DNA of 64,000 nucleotides from a virus (Duplodnaviria; Caudoviricetes). Position numbers and translations under genes: made by a program. The stretch is from IMG/VR virus record IMGVR_UViG_3300025389_001063. One strand, written 5' to 3'. Position 1 is the stretch's first letter. Each line of letters begins with the position of its first letter. Of the stretch, positions 26,501 through 35,523 are shown in pieces. The notes beneath the pieces are model-generated. The model was given only the letters and a program-made list of their open reading frames with translations, did no database searches and was not told the DNA's origin.

Positions 26501-26559
26501 TGAAGCAGAATACTAAAGATACTGCTGACTCTGTTAAAGGTCGTAGAAGCGCAGTTTAA
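23545..26559 (+). CDS. Tape measure-like protein
   Basis: 1004 aa, helical Ala/Gly/Leu/Ser-rich with hydrophobic Gly/Ala stretches; adjacent to the chaperone-like pair. Confidence 0.65.
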   Translation: MANKDKVVVKGSDFDGAIFENAATEETLKSLVKALNSKEKGAGDKAQKLFNKALEKNIRYIEDSSEKHKQYIKDLESLSEKTKSFGNTLYDISGMAISGTFSLISSTGKSLVDFFNKGFNAFEKTNSVGASFNYNILELMKTAAEARMPIEEFTQFISENSKALAAFGGTVTEGAKAFSGIRDQFTDPTLNKELYNLGYNSENLNKILARQLQTEMISGRSRELDKTKFTKELKEYTKDLNVLSKVTGVSTDQLQEGVLQQLSDGRMMALQTKLTGKALINFRDGLALMNAELDPKVFDSLKNMMSGVIDPGDKFAKMLTVAAPGILEFQEALGEGRLDIEQQLRGYERQVGQIENFLGRFSKQQIARIPELKAMQEYLASIKKFTGSNGKAELEGRQAMDGIIGLFSSFGEIINRVKNLFLKAFVSSGTMKKIQDAFNKLAEIIQNKAPAIISKLEPVMNKAADWVDQLVDSISNFIDSFLRGDLKPENLWNWVRQTFSGAINVITEGISAVISGLLGQTPEQQLQKEAYKKATPEEQEKMRKENPALALPDVGGMFDKMTSGLKSLISMVPSLADLGKFFGVTAVGSVVAGAGLAAGMGFLANGLQKLVAPAWELTVPVGVLGGAFWAVSEAIKSVGDSFGKVIDFFKSMKEINADEIIKGTGAITLLGGAIASLGAGGIVNFLGSGGIDKLVDSLKKINDINIEKLTQAGPALKAFHEGVASFTGGGVLEALGDGIKEFAGGKGIESIVFSLSNLGKIDLSKLDSIGNVTTLLTSLKPFLDTNVSQKLPNSMNTVKDSLISFVKDTSESISKLTPSSVQVFVGFVDGLSKFSSVDVTKISNLSNSLTESFVNLNQINFDNANKNISSFAATISKLSNSDMVAVSNSIAEISKVNTTINDNLTNQSKGVDDYIKSIDKLSDSLTKLEKQLKDMPSIAKASVDNTASPSTRVIASSNPTSEMTTDDLQKQLNNKIDELIIHIVEMKQNTKDTADSVKGRRSAV

Positions 26560-26572
26560 TTGAAAGATCTAA

Positions 26573-28279
26573 ATGTCCTGGAAGAAATATTTTACTCCCG
26601 TTAATTCAAGTGGTAATTTAAGTCCATTTTCTAATTCGGGTGGAAGTTCTGCAAGTAAAACTAATTATTCATCATATCTTCCAGATGTTTATACTGGTAG
26701 TCCTAATAGAATTGAACGTTATCTTCAGTATGATACTATGGATATGGACTCAGAAGTTAATGCTGCTCTTGATATTATTAGTGAATTTTCAACTCAAGAA
26801 AATGCAGAGAATGGAACTCCTTTCTTTATTAATTTTAGAGACAAAGCATCTAGTGTTGAGATTAAGTTAATACGTGATTATTTGCAAAAATGGAGCCGAT
26901 TACAGAAGTTTGAAACACGTATGTTTCGAATATTTCGTAATGTGATGAAGTATGGAGACAGTTTTTTTATTAGAGATCCAGAAACATTAAAATGGTTTTA
27001 CATTGATCCAGGTAAATTAGTTAAAATTATTGTTAATGAAAGCGATGGTAAAAAACCAGAGCAATACATAATTCGTGATATTAATCCTAATTTTATTAAT
27101 CTAACAGTTACACAAATTAATCCAAGCAACCAAAATACGCAACCTGGTGGTACTGCTTATGTTACAGGTGGAGCCGGAGCACGTGGTATGACTGGTGCTT
27201 ATCCGCAGCAATCAGGAACAAGATTCAGTGTAGCACAGAATGAATTTGCTATTGAAGCAAAACATATGGTTCATCTTAGTCTAAGCGAAGGTTTAGATAA
27301 CAATTATCCATTTGGAAATTCATTGCTTGAATCAGTTTTTAAGGTTTATAAGCAAAAAGAGCTTTTAGAAGATGCAATTATCATTTATCGTGTTCAAAGA
27401 GCACCAGAACGTCGTGTATTTTACATCGATGTTGGTAATATGCCATCACATATGGCTATGCAATTTGTTGAAAGAGTTAAAAATGAGATACATCAGCGTA
27501 GAATTCCTAGTTCTACAGGTGGTGGAACAAGTGTAGTTGATTCAAGTTACAATCCTTTAAGTATAAATGAGGATTATTTCTTTCCTCAAACAGCGGAAGG
27601 ACGTGGATCTAAAGTAGAAACATTACCAGGTGGTACTAATTTAGGTGAAATTGACGACTTACGTTACTTTACTAATAAGTTATTCCGTGCATTACGTATT
27701 CCAAGTAGTTATTTGCCAACAGGTCCAGACGATTCTTCTGCTGTTTTTAGTGATGGTCGTGTTGGTACTGCTTATATTCAAGAACTAAGATTTAACAAAT
27801 ATTGTGAAAGACTTCAAAGTTTAATTGAAGGTGAGTTTGATCTTGAATTTAAATTGTTTATGAAGAATCAAGGTATTGTAATTGATGATTCGTTATTTGA
27901 TTTAAGATTTAATCCTCCACAAAATTTTGCTGCTTATAGACTTAGTGAACTTGATACTTCTCGTGTTCAAACGTTTACAACAATGCAAGAAGTTCCTTAT
28001 ATGAGTAAAAGATTTGCAATGAAGCGTTATCTTGGTTTAAGCCAAGAAGAAATAATAGAAAATGAACGACTCTGGAGAGAAGAAAATAAAGATATTTTAG
28101 ATACAGGATCAGGATCACAAGCAGAACTCCGTGGAATGGGCATTACTAGTGGAGGATTAGAAGCAGGATTAGAAACTCCACCAGAAGGTGAAGAAGGAAT
28201 AGAAGGTGAACCAGGAGCACAAGCAATGCCAACAACTACTGCTCCAGCAGCACCATTACCTTCAACACCTGGAACATAA
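26573..28279 (+). CDS. gp20: Portal vertex protein, T4 gp20-like
   Basis: LLEDAIIIYRVQRAPERRVFYIDVGNMP, EDYFFP..AEGRGSKVETLPGG.NLGEIDD motifs. Confidence 0.95.
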   Translation: MSWKKYFTPVNSSGNLSPFSNSGGSSASKTNYSSYLPDVYTGSPNRIERYLQYDTMDMDSEVNAALDIISEFSTQENAENGTPFFINFRDKASSVEIKLIRDYLQKWSRLQKFETRMFRIFRNVMKYGDSFFIRDPETLKWFYIDPGKLVKIIVNESDGKKPEQYIIRDINPNFINLTVTQINPSNQNTQPGGTAYVTGGAGARGMTGAYPQQSGTRFSVAQNEFAIEAKHMVHLSLSEGLDNNYPFGNSLLESVFKVYKQKELLEDAIIIYRVQRAPERRVFYIDVGNMPSHMAMQFVERVKNEIHQRRIPSSTGGGTSVVDSSYNPLSINEDYFFPQTAEGRGSKVETLPGGTNLGEIDDLRYFTNKLFRALRIPSSYLPTGPDDSSAVFSDGRVGTAYIQELRFNKYCERLQSLIEGEFDLEFKLFMKNQGIVIDDSLFDLRFNPPQNFAAYRLSELDTSRVQTFTTMQEVPYMSKRFAMKRYLGLSQEEIIENERLWREENKDILDTGSGSQAELRGMGITSGGLEAGLETPPEGEEGIEGEPGAQAMPTTTAPAAPLPSTPGT

Positions 28280-28292
28280 AGATAAATACAAT

Positions 28293-28535
28293 ATGATACT
28301 ACGTGAACTTTTTTACTTTAACAAGGAAAATGACGATATGACTCAGGATAATCATTATGATCCTGAGAATGATAAATCTGAACTTAAAAAGGGTGATACA
28401 CGTAAGATTCGATTAACATTAAAACAGATAAATCAACTTAGACGTGCAAGTGATCAACATTATTTAGATCAAAAAAATGACGTTGAGGCTATTAGTAAGA
28501 TGTATTCACAGCCTCCTGCAGAGCCAACTGCTTAA
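28293..28535 (+). CDS. Small conserved-type head-module protein
   Basis: Start re-called at ATG 28293 (MILRELF) just after GATAAATA (28281-28288); DTRK.RLTLKQINQLR. Confidence 0.6.
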   Translation: MILRELFYFNKENDDMTQDNHYDPENDKSELKKGDTRKIRLTLKQINQLRRASDQHYLDQKNDVEAISKMYSQPPAEPTA

Positions 28536-29110
28536 TGTTTAGAGCCTTTGTATTAGGAAATGGTCGAAGTCGTTTAGTAGTTGATCCTAAAGATTTAAAG
28601 AAGCACGGAAAAATTTATGGATGTAATGCTTTGTATAGAGACTTTGATCCAGATTATTTAATTGCTGTAGATCCTAAAATGATTACAGAAATTTGTCAAA
28701 AAGAGTATCAATTAAAGCACGAAGTATGGACGAATCCTAATAATTCATATAAGAATTTTAAAAATTTAAATTTTTTTAAAAGTCCTAGGGGATGGTCAAG
28801 TGGACCAACGGCCTTACATAAGGCTTGTATTGATCAATATAAAGAAATATATATATTAGGATTTGATTATGTAGGAATAACCGATAAATTTAATAATGTT
28901 TATTCTGATACTCCTAATTATAAAAGATCAATAGATTGTGCAACATATTACGGCAATTGGTTATCACAAACAGAAACATTATTTGGTGAGTTTAAACATA
29001 TTTTCTTTTATAGAGTTATTGAAAATATTAAAGATAACATATCTAATTGGCGTGAGATAAATAACTTGAAACAAATATCCTACGAAGAAATGTGGAGCAA
29101 ATTACGATAA
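28535..29110 (+). CDS. Putative glycosyltransferase-like protein (DUF115/Maf, sialyltransferase-like fold)
   Basis: FVLGNGRS, IYGCNALY, DYLIAVD, GWSSGPTA, IYILGFD motif series. Confidence 0.55.
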   Translation: MFRAFVLGNGRSRLVVDPKDLKKHGKIYGCNALYRDFDPDYLIAVDPKMITEICQKEYQLKHEVWTNPNNSYKNFKNLNFFKSPRGWSSGPTALHKACIDQYKEIYILGFDYVGITDKFNNVYSDTPNYKRSIDCATYYGNWLSQTETLFGEFKHIFFYRVIENIKDNISNWREINNLKQISYEEMWSKLR

Positions 29111-29213
29111 ATCTCCCCAACGACTCCAAATCTGCGATTTTTCACCTATTTTCCGCCATTTGATTAAATAAATCCGTAAATAATACGACAGCCTTAGCTA
29201 TAGGAGATTTATC
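29106..29213 (+). promoter_or_regulatory. Perfect 11-bp inverted repeat pairing with the RBS of the next gene
   Basis: GATAAATCTCC (29106-29116) / GGAGATTTATC (29203-29213), ATG at 29214; TAAATA cores at 29165 and 29177 lie in between. Confidence 0.65.
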
Positions 29214-30137
29214 ATGGCCAAACAAAATTTTGAACAATTGCTTGAGTACATTGTTAACGGCGAGCAGGAAAAAGCAGAAGAACTATTTCACGCACTAGTT
29301 GTTAATAAGTCACGTGAAATTTACGAAGGTCTCTTTGAAGAAGAGATGAAAGACGTTGAAGTTGATGAAGCTTCATGCAAAGACAAAGACATGGAAGAAG
29401 AGGAAGAAATGGAAGAGGATGCTGTTGAAGAAGCATTCATTGCTTTCTCTGAAGAGCCAGCAGTTGGTGGTGATCCAACAGACGATATGATGCATGATGT
29501 AAGTGATGATAGCGATGATGACATGGATGACATGGACGGTAACGATCATGATGATATGGGTGCCGACGGTGACATTGAAGATCGTGTAATGGATCTCGAA
29601 GATGCACTTGAAGATCTTAAGGCAGAGTTTGATGCTCTAATGGCAGACGAAAAGAATGAGCCAGAGCATCACGACGGTGTTGATGATCCAGACTTTGGTG
29701 ATAGCGAAGAAGGTGAAGAGGAAGAGGAAGATGAAAACGAGTCTTTCAACTTCGAAGATATCGAAGACATTGACCTTTCACCTGTTGAGCAAATGAGAGA
29801 ATACGTTGAAAAGATTGGTGATGCTTATAAAGGTGGCAAGGTTGCTAGTACTTCAGAACCATCGGGAGCAAATACAAAGAGCACAGTTGCTTCAAAGAAT
29901 GACATGGGCGGAACAACTGCTAACATCGCACGTGGTGGCGAAGGAAGCACAAAAGGAACTGCTGGTGGTCTTCTAAATCCAACAACCAAAGAAGAAAACT
30001 TTGGTAACGTAAACGTTCCTGGTGCTAAGAATGCTACAAAGTTAAGTTCAGTTTCTAAAGGACATGGTGCTGAAAAGAAAGGCGCTGGAGAAACTGCTGC
30101 AAATACAAAAAGCATTTTAAAGCCACAGAAGGGTTAA
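29214..30137 (+). CDS. Highly acidic prohead core / scaffold-type protein
   Basis: Asp/Glu-rich; between portal and protease, the gp67/gp68 position in T4. Confidence 0.6.
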   Translation: MAKQNFEQLLEYIVNGEQEKAEELFHALVVNKSREIYEGLFEEEMKDVEVDEASCKDKDMEEEEEMEEDAVEEAFIAFSEEPAVGGDPTDDMMHDVSDDSDDDMDDMDGNDHDDMGADGDIEDRVMDLEDALEDLKAEFDALMADEKNEPEHHDGVDDPDFGDSEEGEEEEEDENESFNFEDIEDIDLSPVEQMREYVEKIGDAYKGGKVASTSEPSGANTKSTVASKNDMGGTTANIARGGEGSTKGTAGGLLNPTTKEENFGNVNVPGAKNATKLSSVSKGHGAEKKGAGETAANTKSILKPQKG

Positions 30138-30142
30138 TATAG

Positions 30143-30769
30143 ATGCTATATCTTCAAGAACATCTATCATTCGACCAAGCTAAAATGGTCGTTGAGAGCG
30201 ATGATAAAGACGGGAAAAACCTTTATATGAAAGGCATTTGCATCCAAGGTGGTGTAAAAAATGCTAATCAAAGAGTTTATCCTGTTCCTGAAATCGCTAA
30301 GGCTGTCAAAACACTTAACGATCAAATAAGTGGCGGATACAGTGTACTTGGAGAAGTAGACCATCCACAAGACTTAAGAATCAACTTAGATCGTGTTTCA
30401 CACATGATTACCGAGATGTGGATGGATGGTCCTAACGGATATGGTAAGTTAAAGATTTTACCAACTCCAATGGGTCAGTTGATTAGAACAATGTTAGAAT
30501 CAGGCGTAAAGCTAGGCGTTAGTAGCAGAGGAAGCGGCAATGTTCAAGAGGACGGTTCGGGTCAAGTTAGTGACTTTGAAATTGTAACTGTTGATATTGT
30601 TGCTCAACCTTCTGCTCCTGGGGCTTATCCTACGGTTGTTTATGAACACCTTATGAATAGTAAAGGTGGATACAAGGCTTTAAATATGGCAAGAGAATTA
30701 CAAGGCGATCCAAAGGCACAAAGATTTTTACAAGACCAACTCGTAAATATCATACGAGGCCTCCAATAA
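30143..30769 (+). CDS. gp21: Prohead protease, T4 gp21-like
   Basis: KNANQRVYP, LGEVDHP, VSH, GVKLGVSSRGSG, DIVAQPSAPGAY. Confidence 0.95.
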   Translation: MLYLQEHLSFDQAKMVVESDDKDGKNLYMKGICIQGGVKNANQRVYPVPEIAKAVKTLNDQISGGYSVLGEVDHPQDLRINLDRVSHMITEMWMDGPNGYGKLKILPTPMGQLIRTMLESGVKLGVSSRGSGNVQEDGSGQVSDFEIVTVDIVAQPSAPGAYPTVVYEHLMNSKGGYKALNMARELQGDPKAQRFLQDQLVNIIRGLQ

Positions 30770-30785
30770 GTTAGGAGATACACAT

Positions 30786-31868
30786 ATGTTGGATGTATTA
30801 AAGCAATTATTTGAGAACAATGTGGTTTCCGAGGAGATCAAGGCAAATATCGAAGATGCTTGGAACAAAAGAATCCAAGAAAACCGTGACCAGGTTACTG
30901 CACAACTTCGTGAAGAGTTTGCTGGTAAGTTTGAGCATGAGAAGGCAGCACTTGTTGAAGCAATGGACAAGTTAATGACTGACCGTCTTGCAAGCGAAAT
31001 TGCTGAGTTCGTAGAGGACAAGAAGCAACTTGCTGAAGCTAAAGCAAACTATGTAAAGAAGATGAAGTCTGATGCTGATGTAATGAAGGAATTTGTTACA
31101 CGTCAGTTAAAATCAGAACTTTCAGAACTTCATGAAGACCAAAAGATTATGTCAAATAACTTTGCAAAATTAGAACAATTTGTTGTAAAACAACTTTCTA
31201 AGGAAATTGCAGAGTTCGCAACTGATAGAAAAGAAGTTATTGAAACTAAGGTTAAACTAGTTAAAGAAGCTAAAAATCATCTTGAAACAGTTAAATCTAA
31301 TTTCATTAAGCGTTCTGCAAAGATCGTTGAAGAAACAGTTGCTAAGACATTAAAGTCAGAAATTCATCAGCTAAAGGAAGATATTACTTCAGCTAGATCA
31401 AATGACTTTGGTCGTAGAATCTTCGAAGCCTTTGCTTCGGAATACACCCACAGTTATCTCAGCGAAAAGGGTGAAGTTGCTAAACTTATGAATGTTCTTA
31501 AACAAAAAGAACAAGAATTAGTTGAAGCAAAAACTATCGCTGTGAAAAAGTCAAAGTTAGTCGAGAGTAAAGAACAAGAAATCACTCTTATGCGTGATTT
31601 AACTGCTCGTAAAGAAGTTATTAGTGAACTTCTTTCACCACTCGGAAAAGATAAGCGTGAAGTTATGTCAAATCTCTTAGAGAGTGTTCAGACATCTAAG
31701 CTTCGTGCTGCATTTGACAAATACTTACCGGCAGTTATGTCGGATAATTCGGCAACCAAGCAGGCACTAGTTGAGGCAAAAGAAATAACAGGAAATAAAA
31801 CAAATATCAATTCCAATGCTGCTGAAAGCAACATTGTTGATATCCGTAGACTAGCGGGATTAAAATAA
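30786..31868 (+). CDS. gp22: Prohead scaffolding protein, T4 gp22-like
   Basis: Coiled-coil, charged; FGRRIFEAF motif; directly upstream of the capsid gene. Confidence 0.85.
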   Translation: MLDVLKQLFENNVVSEEIKANIEDAWNKRIQENRDQVTAQLREEFAGKFEHEKAALVEAMDKLMTDRLASEIAEFVEDKKQLAEAKANYVKKMKSDADVMKEFVTRQLKSELSELHEDQKIMSNNFAKLEQFVVKQLSKEIAEFATDRKEVIETKVKLVKEAKNHLETVKSNFIKRSAKIVEETVAKTLKSEIHQLKEDITSARSNDFGRRIFEAFASEYTHSYLSEKGEVAKLMNVLKQKEQELVEAKTIAVKKSKLVESKEQEITLMRDLTARKEVISELLSPLGKDKREVMSNLLESVQTSKLRAAFDKYLPAVMSDNSATKQALVEAKEITGNKTNINSNAAESNIVDIRRLAGLK

Positions 31869-31881
31869 GGAGTTTTAAGCT

Positions 31882-33057
31882 ATGTCAGAACTATTAGAAA
31901 GCCGCTGGCAGGACACTAAAGAGGCACTTCTCGAAGGCCTTCAAGGAAATCGTAAGTCAGTAATGGCAGTTACTCTTGAAAATACACGTAAGTATCTTTC
32001 AGAGTCAGCCACAGCTGGTGCTACATCTGCCGGTAATGTCGCAACTCTTAACAGAGTTATTCTTCCAGTAATTCGTCGTGTTATGCCGACAGTTATTGCT
32101 AACGAACTCGTTGGCGTTCAGCCAATGACTGGTCCAGTTGGCCAGATCCATACACTTCGCGTACGTTATGCTGACACTTCATCAGGTGCTGGTGTAAACG
32201 CAGGCGAAGAGGCTCTAAGCCCATTCAAAATTGCTGCTGCTTACTCAGGTAACGAAGTAAGTGCAACACCAAGAGCTAACTCAACTGCATCACTCGAAGG
32301 TACAGCTGGTAAGCGTCTAAGCATCCAGATCTTAAAGCAGGTCGTAGAAGCTAAATCACGTAAGCTCAGCGCACGTTGGACTTTCGAAGCTGCTCAGGAT
32401 GCTCAGGCACAACAAGGTATCGATATTGAAGCAGAAATCATGGCAGCACTTGCTCAGGAAATTACTGCTGAAATCGATCAGGAAATCCTAAGTTCACTTC
32501 AAACACTTGCTGGTACAGCCGTTGAAACATACGACCAATCAGTAGTAAGTGGTGTTGCAACATTCGTTGGTGACGAACATGCTGCTCTTGCAGTTCAGAT
32601 CAACCGTGTAGCTAACCTCATCGCTCAACGTACACGTCGCGGTGCTGGTAACTGGGCAGTTGTTTCTCCGTTCGCTCTAACTATCCTTCAGTCAGCAACT
32701 ACTTCAGCATTTGCTCGTACTACTGAAGGTACTTTTGAGGCTCCAACAAACACCAAGTTCGTTGGTACACTCAACAGCTCAATGAGAGTTTATGTTAATG
32801 CTTATGCATCAGACAGCACACCAGTTCTCATTGGTTACAAAGGTTCAAGTGAATCAGACGCTGCTGCGTTCTACTGCCCATACATTCCACTAATGTCAAG
32901 CGGTGTTGTACTTGATCCATCAACTTTCGAACCAGTTGTTAGCTTCATGACACGTTACGGATATGTAGAGCTCAGCAATGCAGCTTCATCATTAGGTAAC
33001 GCTGCTGACTACCTCGGACTAGTTGGTGTAACAAACGGAACTGTAAAGTTTTCCTAA
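31882..33057 (+). CDS. gp23: Major capsid protein, T4 gp23-like
   Basis: VQPMTGPVG, AKSRKL.A.WT.E.AQD, EI..EID, FYCPYIP, P..FEP..SF.TRYG. Confidence 0.96.
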   Translation: MSELLESRWQDTKEALLEGLQGNRKSVMAVTLENTRKYLSESATAGATSAGNVATLNRVILPVIRRVMPTVIANELVGVQPMTGPVGQIHTLRVRYADTSSGAGVNAGEEALSPFKIAAAYSGNEVSATPRANSTASLEGTAGKRLSIQILKQVVEAKSRKLSARWTFEAAQDAQAQQGIDIEAEIMAALAQEITAEIDQEILSSLQTLAGTAVETYDQSVVSGVATFVGDEHAALAVQINRVANLIAQRTRRGAGNWAVVSPFALTILQSATTSAFARTTEGTFEAPTNTKFVGTLNSSMRVYVNAYASDSTPVLIGYKGSSESDAAAFYCPYIPLMSSGVVLDPSTFEPVVSFMTRYGYVELSNAASSLGNAADYLGLVGVTNGTVKFS

Positions 33058-33082
33058 TATCTTTAGGAAACATTATAAGATC

Positions 33083-33109
33083 AGCGGGCTTTATGCCCGC
33101 TTTTCTTTT
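33083..33109 (+). terminator. Intrinsic terminator after the capsid gene
   Basis: AGCGGGC-TTTAT-GCCCGCT followed by TTTCTTTT. Confidence 0.9.
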
Positions 33110-33123
33110 GACTTAAATACCAA

Positions 33124-33405
33124 ATGGACGAATTAAAGATAGAAGATCCAGAAGATTGGTATAAAGTACAAATAAAATTAAGGAAAATGCTTAGGCCTTT
33201 CCCACAATTTATTTTTGATTATAATCGTATGTGTAAGAATATAGAAGTAAAAGTAAGAGATCTTGCTGTATTAGATATTGAAGTACGAAAACATAAAGAT
33301 TCTATATACTTTCAACAATTAAGAAAAGACAAGTTGAGGGATATTAACGATACTATTAAAATGTTTTCAAAAATACTGCTAATAGCATCTTTATCCAAAA
33401 GATAA
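33124..33405 (+). CDS. Hypothetical protein
   Basis: 93-aa ORF filling the gap; no recognisable motif. Confidence 0.55.
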   Translation: MDELKIEDPEDWYKVQIKLRKMLRPFPQFIFDYNRMCKNIEVKVRDLAVLDIEVRKHKDSIYFQQLRKDKLRDINDTIKMFSKILLIASLSKR

Positions 33406-33473
33406 ATATTATTACCGAATGGTTTATGGGGAACCCTACCCCGTAGCCCTAGAACGGCAATAAGGAGAAAAAA
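33401..33473 (+). promoter_or_regulatory. Late promoter GATAAATA plus GC-rich structured 5' leader
   Basis: TATGGGG/CCCCGTA hairpin (33425-33445) inside ATTACCG/CGGCAAT; AAGGAG RBS. Confidence 0.55.
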
Positions 33474-33857
33474 ATGGGACGCCCGTTATATGATGACGTA
33501 TTAGGAAATCGTTGTAGAGAATATCCTTCAGGAACAGCAACTGGTCTTAGAGTAACAGCATACATCAATGGTGGATTATATACTGATTGCTTTGTTATGA
33601 ATCAAAAAGGTGCTCGCAAATATAAAGTTTACGAGTATGCAGGAGCACAGACTGCTGTTTGTAAATTAGTAAGTGGAACTCCGGCAAATAATGGTGAGAT
33701 GCAACTCTTTGGTTATTTAGGAAGCAATTCAGGAACAAAAGTTGTTCTTTCTAAATTAGAAAAAAGATTAGCAACAGATTGGAATGGAAACCGTTATACA
33801 TGGTTCCTTGACAATGACTCAACAAACGATTATATTGTTCTAACTCAAGTTAGCTAA
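33474..33857 (+). CDS. Probable virion structural protein
   Basis: Late promoter, strong RBS; QKGARKYKV and RYTW motifs. Confidence 0.55.
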   Translation: MGRPLYDDVLGNRCREYPSGTATGLRVTAYINGGLYTDCFVMNQKGARKYKVYEYAGAQTAVCKLVSGTPANNGEMQLFGYLGSNSGTKVVLSKLEKRLATDWNGNRYTWFLDNDSTNDYIVLTQVS

Positions 33858-33866
33858 GGAATATAA

Positions 33867-35168
33867 ATGACTATACCTAATCCACCGCTAAGTTCTATAG
33901 CAACACCTCATGTTAAGAGAATTAATAATGATTACAAGTTGTCTGTTCCATTTGGTGGTAATATCTTTTTAGATACAGGTACTAATGCAGGATTAGTGTA
34001 TATCACAGGTGATTTAACTGTACAAGGTAATACTACTACAGTTAATACAACTAACATGACTATTGAGGACAATATTCTTGTCCTCAATAAAGGTGAATCA
34101 GGAAGTGGTGTAACATTATTAGAAGCAGGAATTGAAATTGATAGAGGTATTGCTTCTAATGGTAACGCACGATTACTTTGGATTGAAACTCCATATCAAA
34201 ATCCTGTAACCAATGTACAAGATCATGGTTATTTTATTTTTCAAACAAAAACAAATGGAAATCTTTCTGCTATAAAAACTAATTCAATTGAGACAAATGG
34301 TCAAAATCTTGCTTTAATAAACAGAGGAACTGGAGTTATAACAGTTACCGGAACAACTAATTATGAAAGACAAGTTTTAGATTATAATAATAATCTTTTA
34401 CCATTTGATAAAGATATTATTCCAAATATGCAAGCAGTCATTGATAAGATAAATCTTCAAATCAGTTCTAATCCTGCTAGTCAAATTAAAAAAGATGATA
34501 CAAGAATAGTTGTTTATGATAACAATATTGCTTCTTCAATCTCAAATTATGATACTGGAGGTATTCCAAATAATATTGTTACTGTAAATCATAATCTAGC
34601 AACTAATGGAGATTTAAATGTTTACGTTGGTGGTACTATTACTATCGTAAATTCGCAAATTTCAGGACTTGACGGAACTTGGACTGTTGTTACTGCTAAC
34701 TTATTAGACTTATTTTTTACAATATCTTTAACAACTACTGTTACACTTTCAAATAGACCTAACGAAGCAGATAGAATTTATGTTAATGGTTATACTAGCA
34801 GTATTATTTCTTATGTCGATGGCAATAAAATTACCGATTTTAGAAGTGGATATGTAGATATTTTTAATTTAAATTTTAGTAATACTACAATATCAACTAC
34901 ATCTGGAACAGATCTTATTCTAATTTCAGGAAGTATCGGTAGTAGTGTACAAATACAAGATGATCTAAGGTTACAACACCTTGGAGTTACTCCTACTAAT
35001 ACTTCACCAACTTATGTAAATGACTCAGTAAAAATTTATAGTGATATCGAAGGTGCAGGAAATACTGGTATATATTATGTTGGTCCTACATCTAGTCCAG
35101 GACCAGGATATAGAAGAGACGAATTGATAAGTAAGAAGAAGGCAATTGCCTTTAGCATATTAATGTAA
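33867..35168 (+). CDS. Virion structural / fibre-associated protein
   Basis: ITGDLTVQGNTTTVNTTNMTIEDNILVLN..AGIEIDRG motif common in phage fibre proteins. Confidence 0.6.
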   Translation: MTIPNPPLSSIATPHVKRINNDYKLSVPFGGNIFLDTGTNAGLVYITGDLTVQGNTTTVNTTNMTIEDNILVLNKGESGSGVTLLEAGIEIDRGIASNGNARLLWIETPYQNPVTNVQDHGYFIFQTKTNGNLSAIKTNSIETNGQNLALINRGTGVITVTGTTNYERQVLDYNNNLLPFDKDIIPNMQAVIDKINLQISSNPASQIKKDDTRIVVYDNNIASSISNYDTGGIPNNIVTVNHNLATNGDLNVYVGGTITIVNSQISGLDGTWTVVTANLLDLFFTISLTTTVTLSNRPNEADRIYVNGYTSSIISYVDGNKITDFRSGYVDIFNLNFSNTTISTTSGTDLILISGSIGSSVQIQDDLRLQHLGVTPTNTSPTYVNDSVKIYSDIEGAGNTGIYYVGPTSSPGPGYRRDELISKKKAIAFSILM

Positions 35169-35178
35169 GGTAATAATT

Positions 35179-35523
35179 ATGGCAATACAAAGCATAGCAG
35201 TTAACTCATCAAATACAACAATTTTCACAGCGACAAATGATCAAATGATCGCTACAATGATTTTTTGTAATACTGCTTTACCAAATCCATTACAAATAGA
35301 TTCTAATACAACATATCTAAATGTTCATTTAGTTCCAAATGTTTCTGGTTCGGCTGGTTCTCCATCAAATACAAATTTAATAGTAAATGCATTAATGATT
35401 CCAGCAGGAGAAACTGTTTTCTTTGATACTGAAAGAATTGTTCTGCAAGCAGGTGACACTATTGTAGCAAATACAACTAGTCCAGCAGTTATTTCATGCA
35501 CAATTAGTACGGTGGCAATCTAA
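35179..35523 (+). CDS. Small beta-rich virion protein (family with 42736 and the ends of 48435)
   Basis: FCN...IPAGETVF...ERIVLQAGD motif. Confidence 0.55.
   Translation: MAIQSIAVNSSNTTIFTATNDQMIATMIFCNTALPNPLQIDSNTTYLNVHLVPNVSGSAGSPSNTNLIVNALMIPAGETVFFDTERIVLQAGDTIVANTTSPAVISCTISTVAI

Noticed and set aside
28206-28292. Upstream start of the 109-aa ORF
   Set aside because: Overlaps the portal C-terminus; a late promoter motif lies just before ATG 28293.
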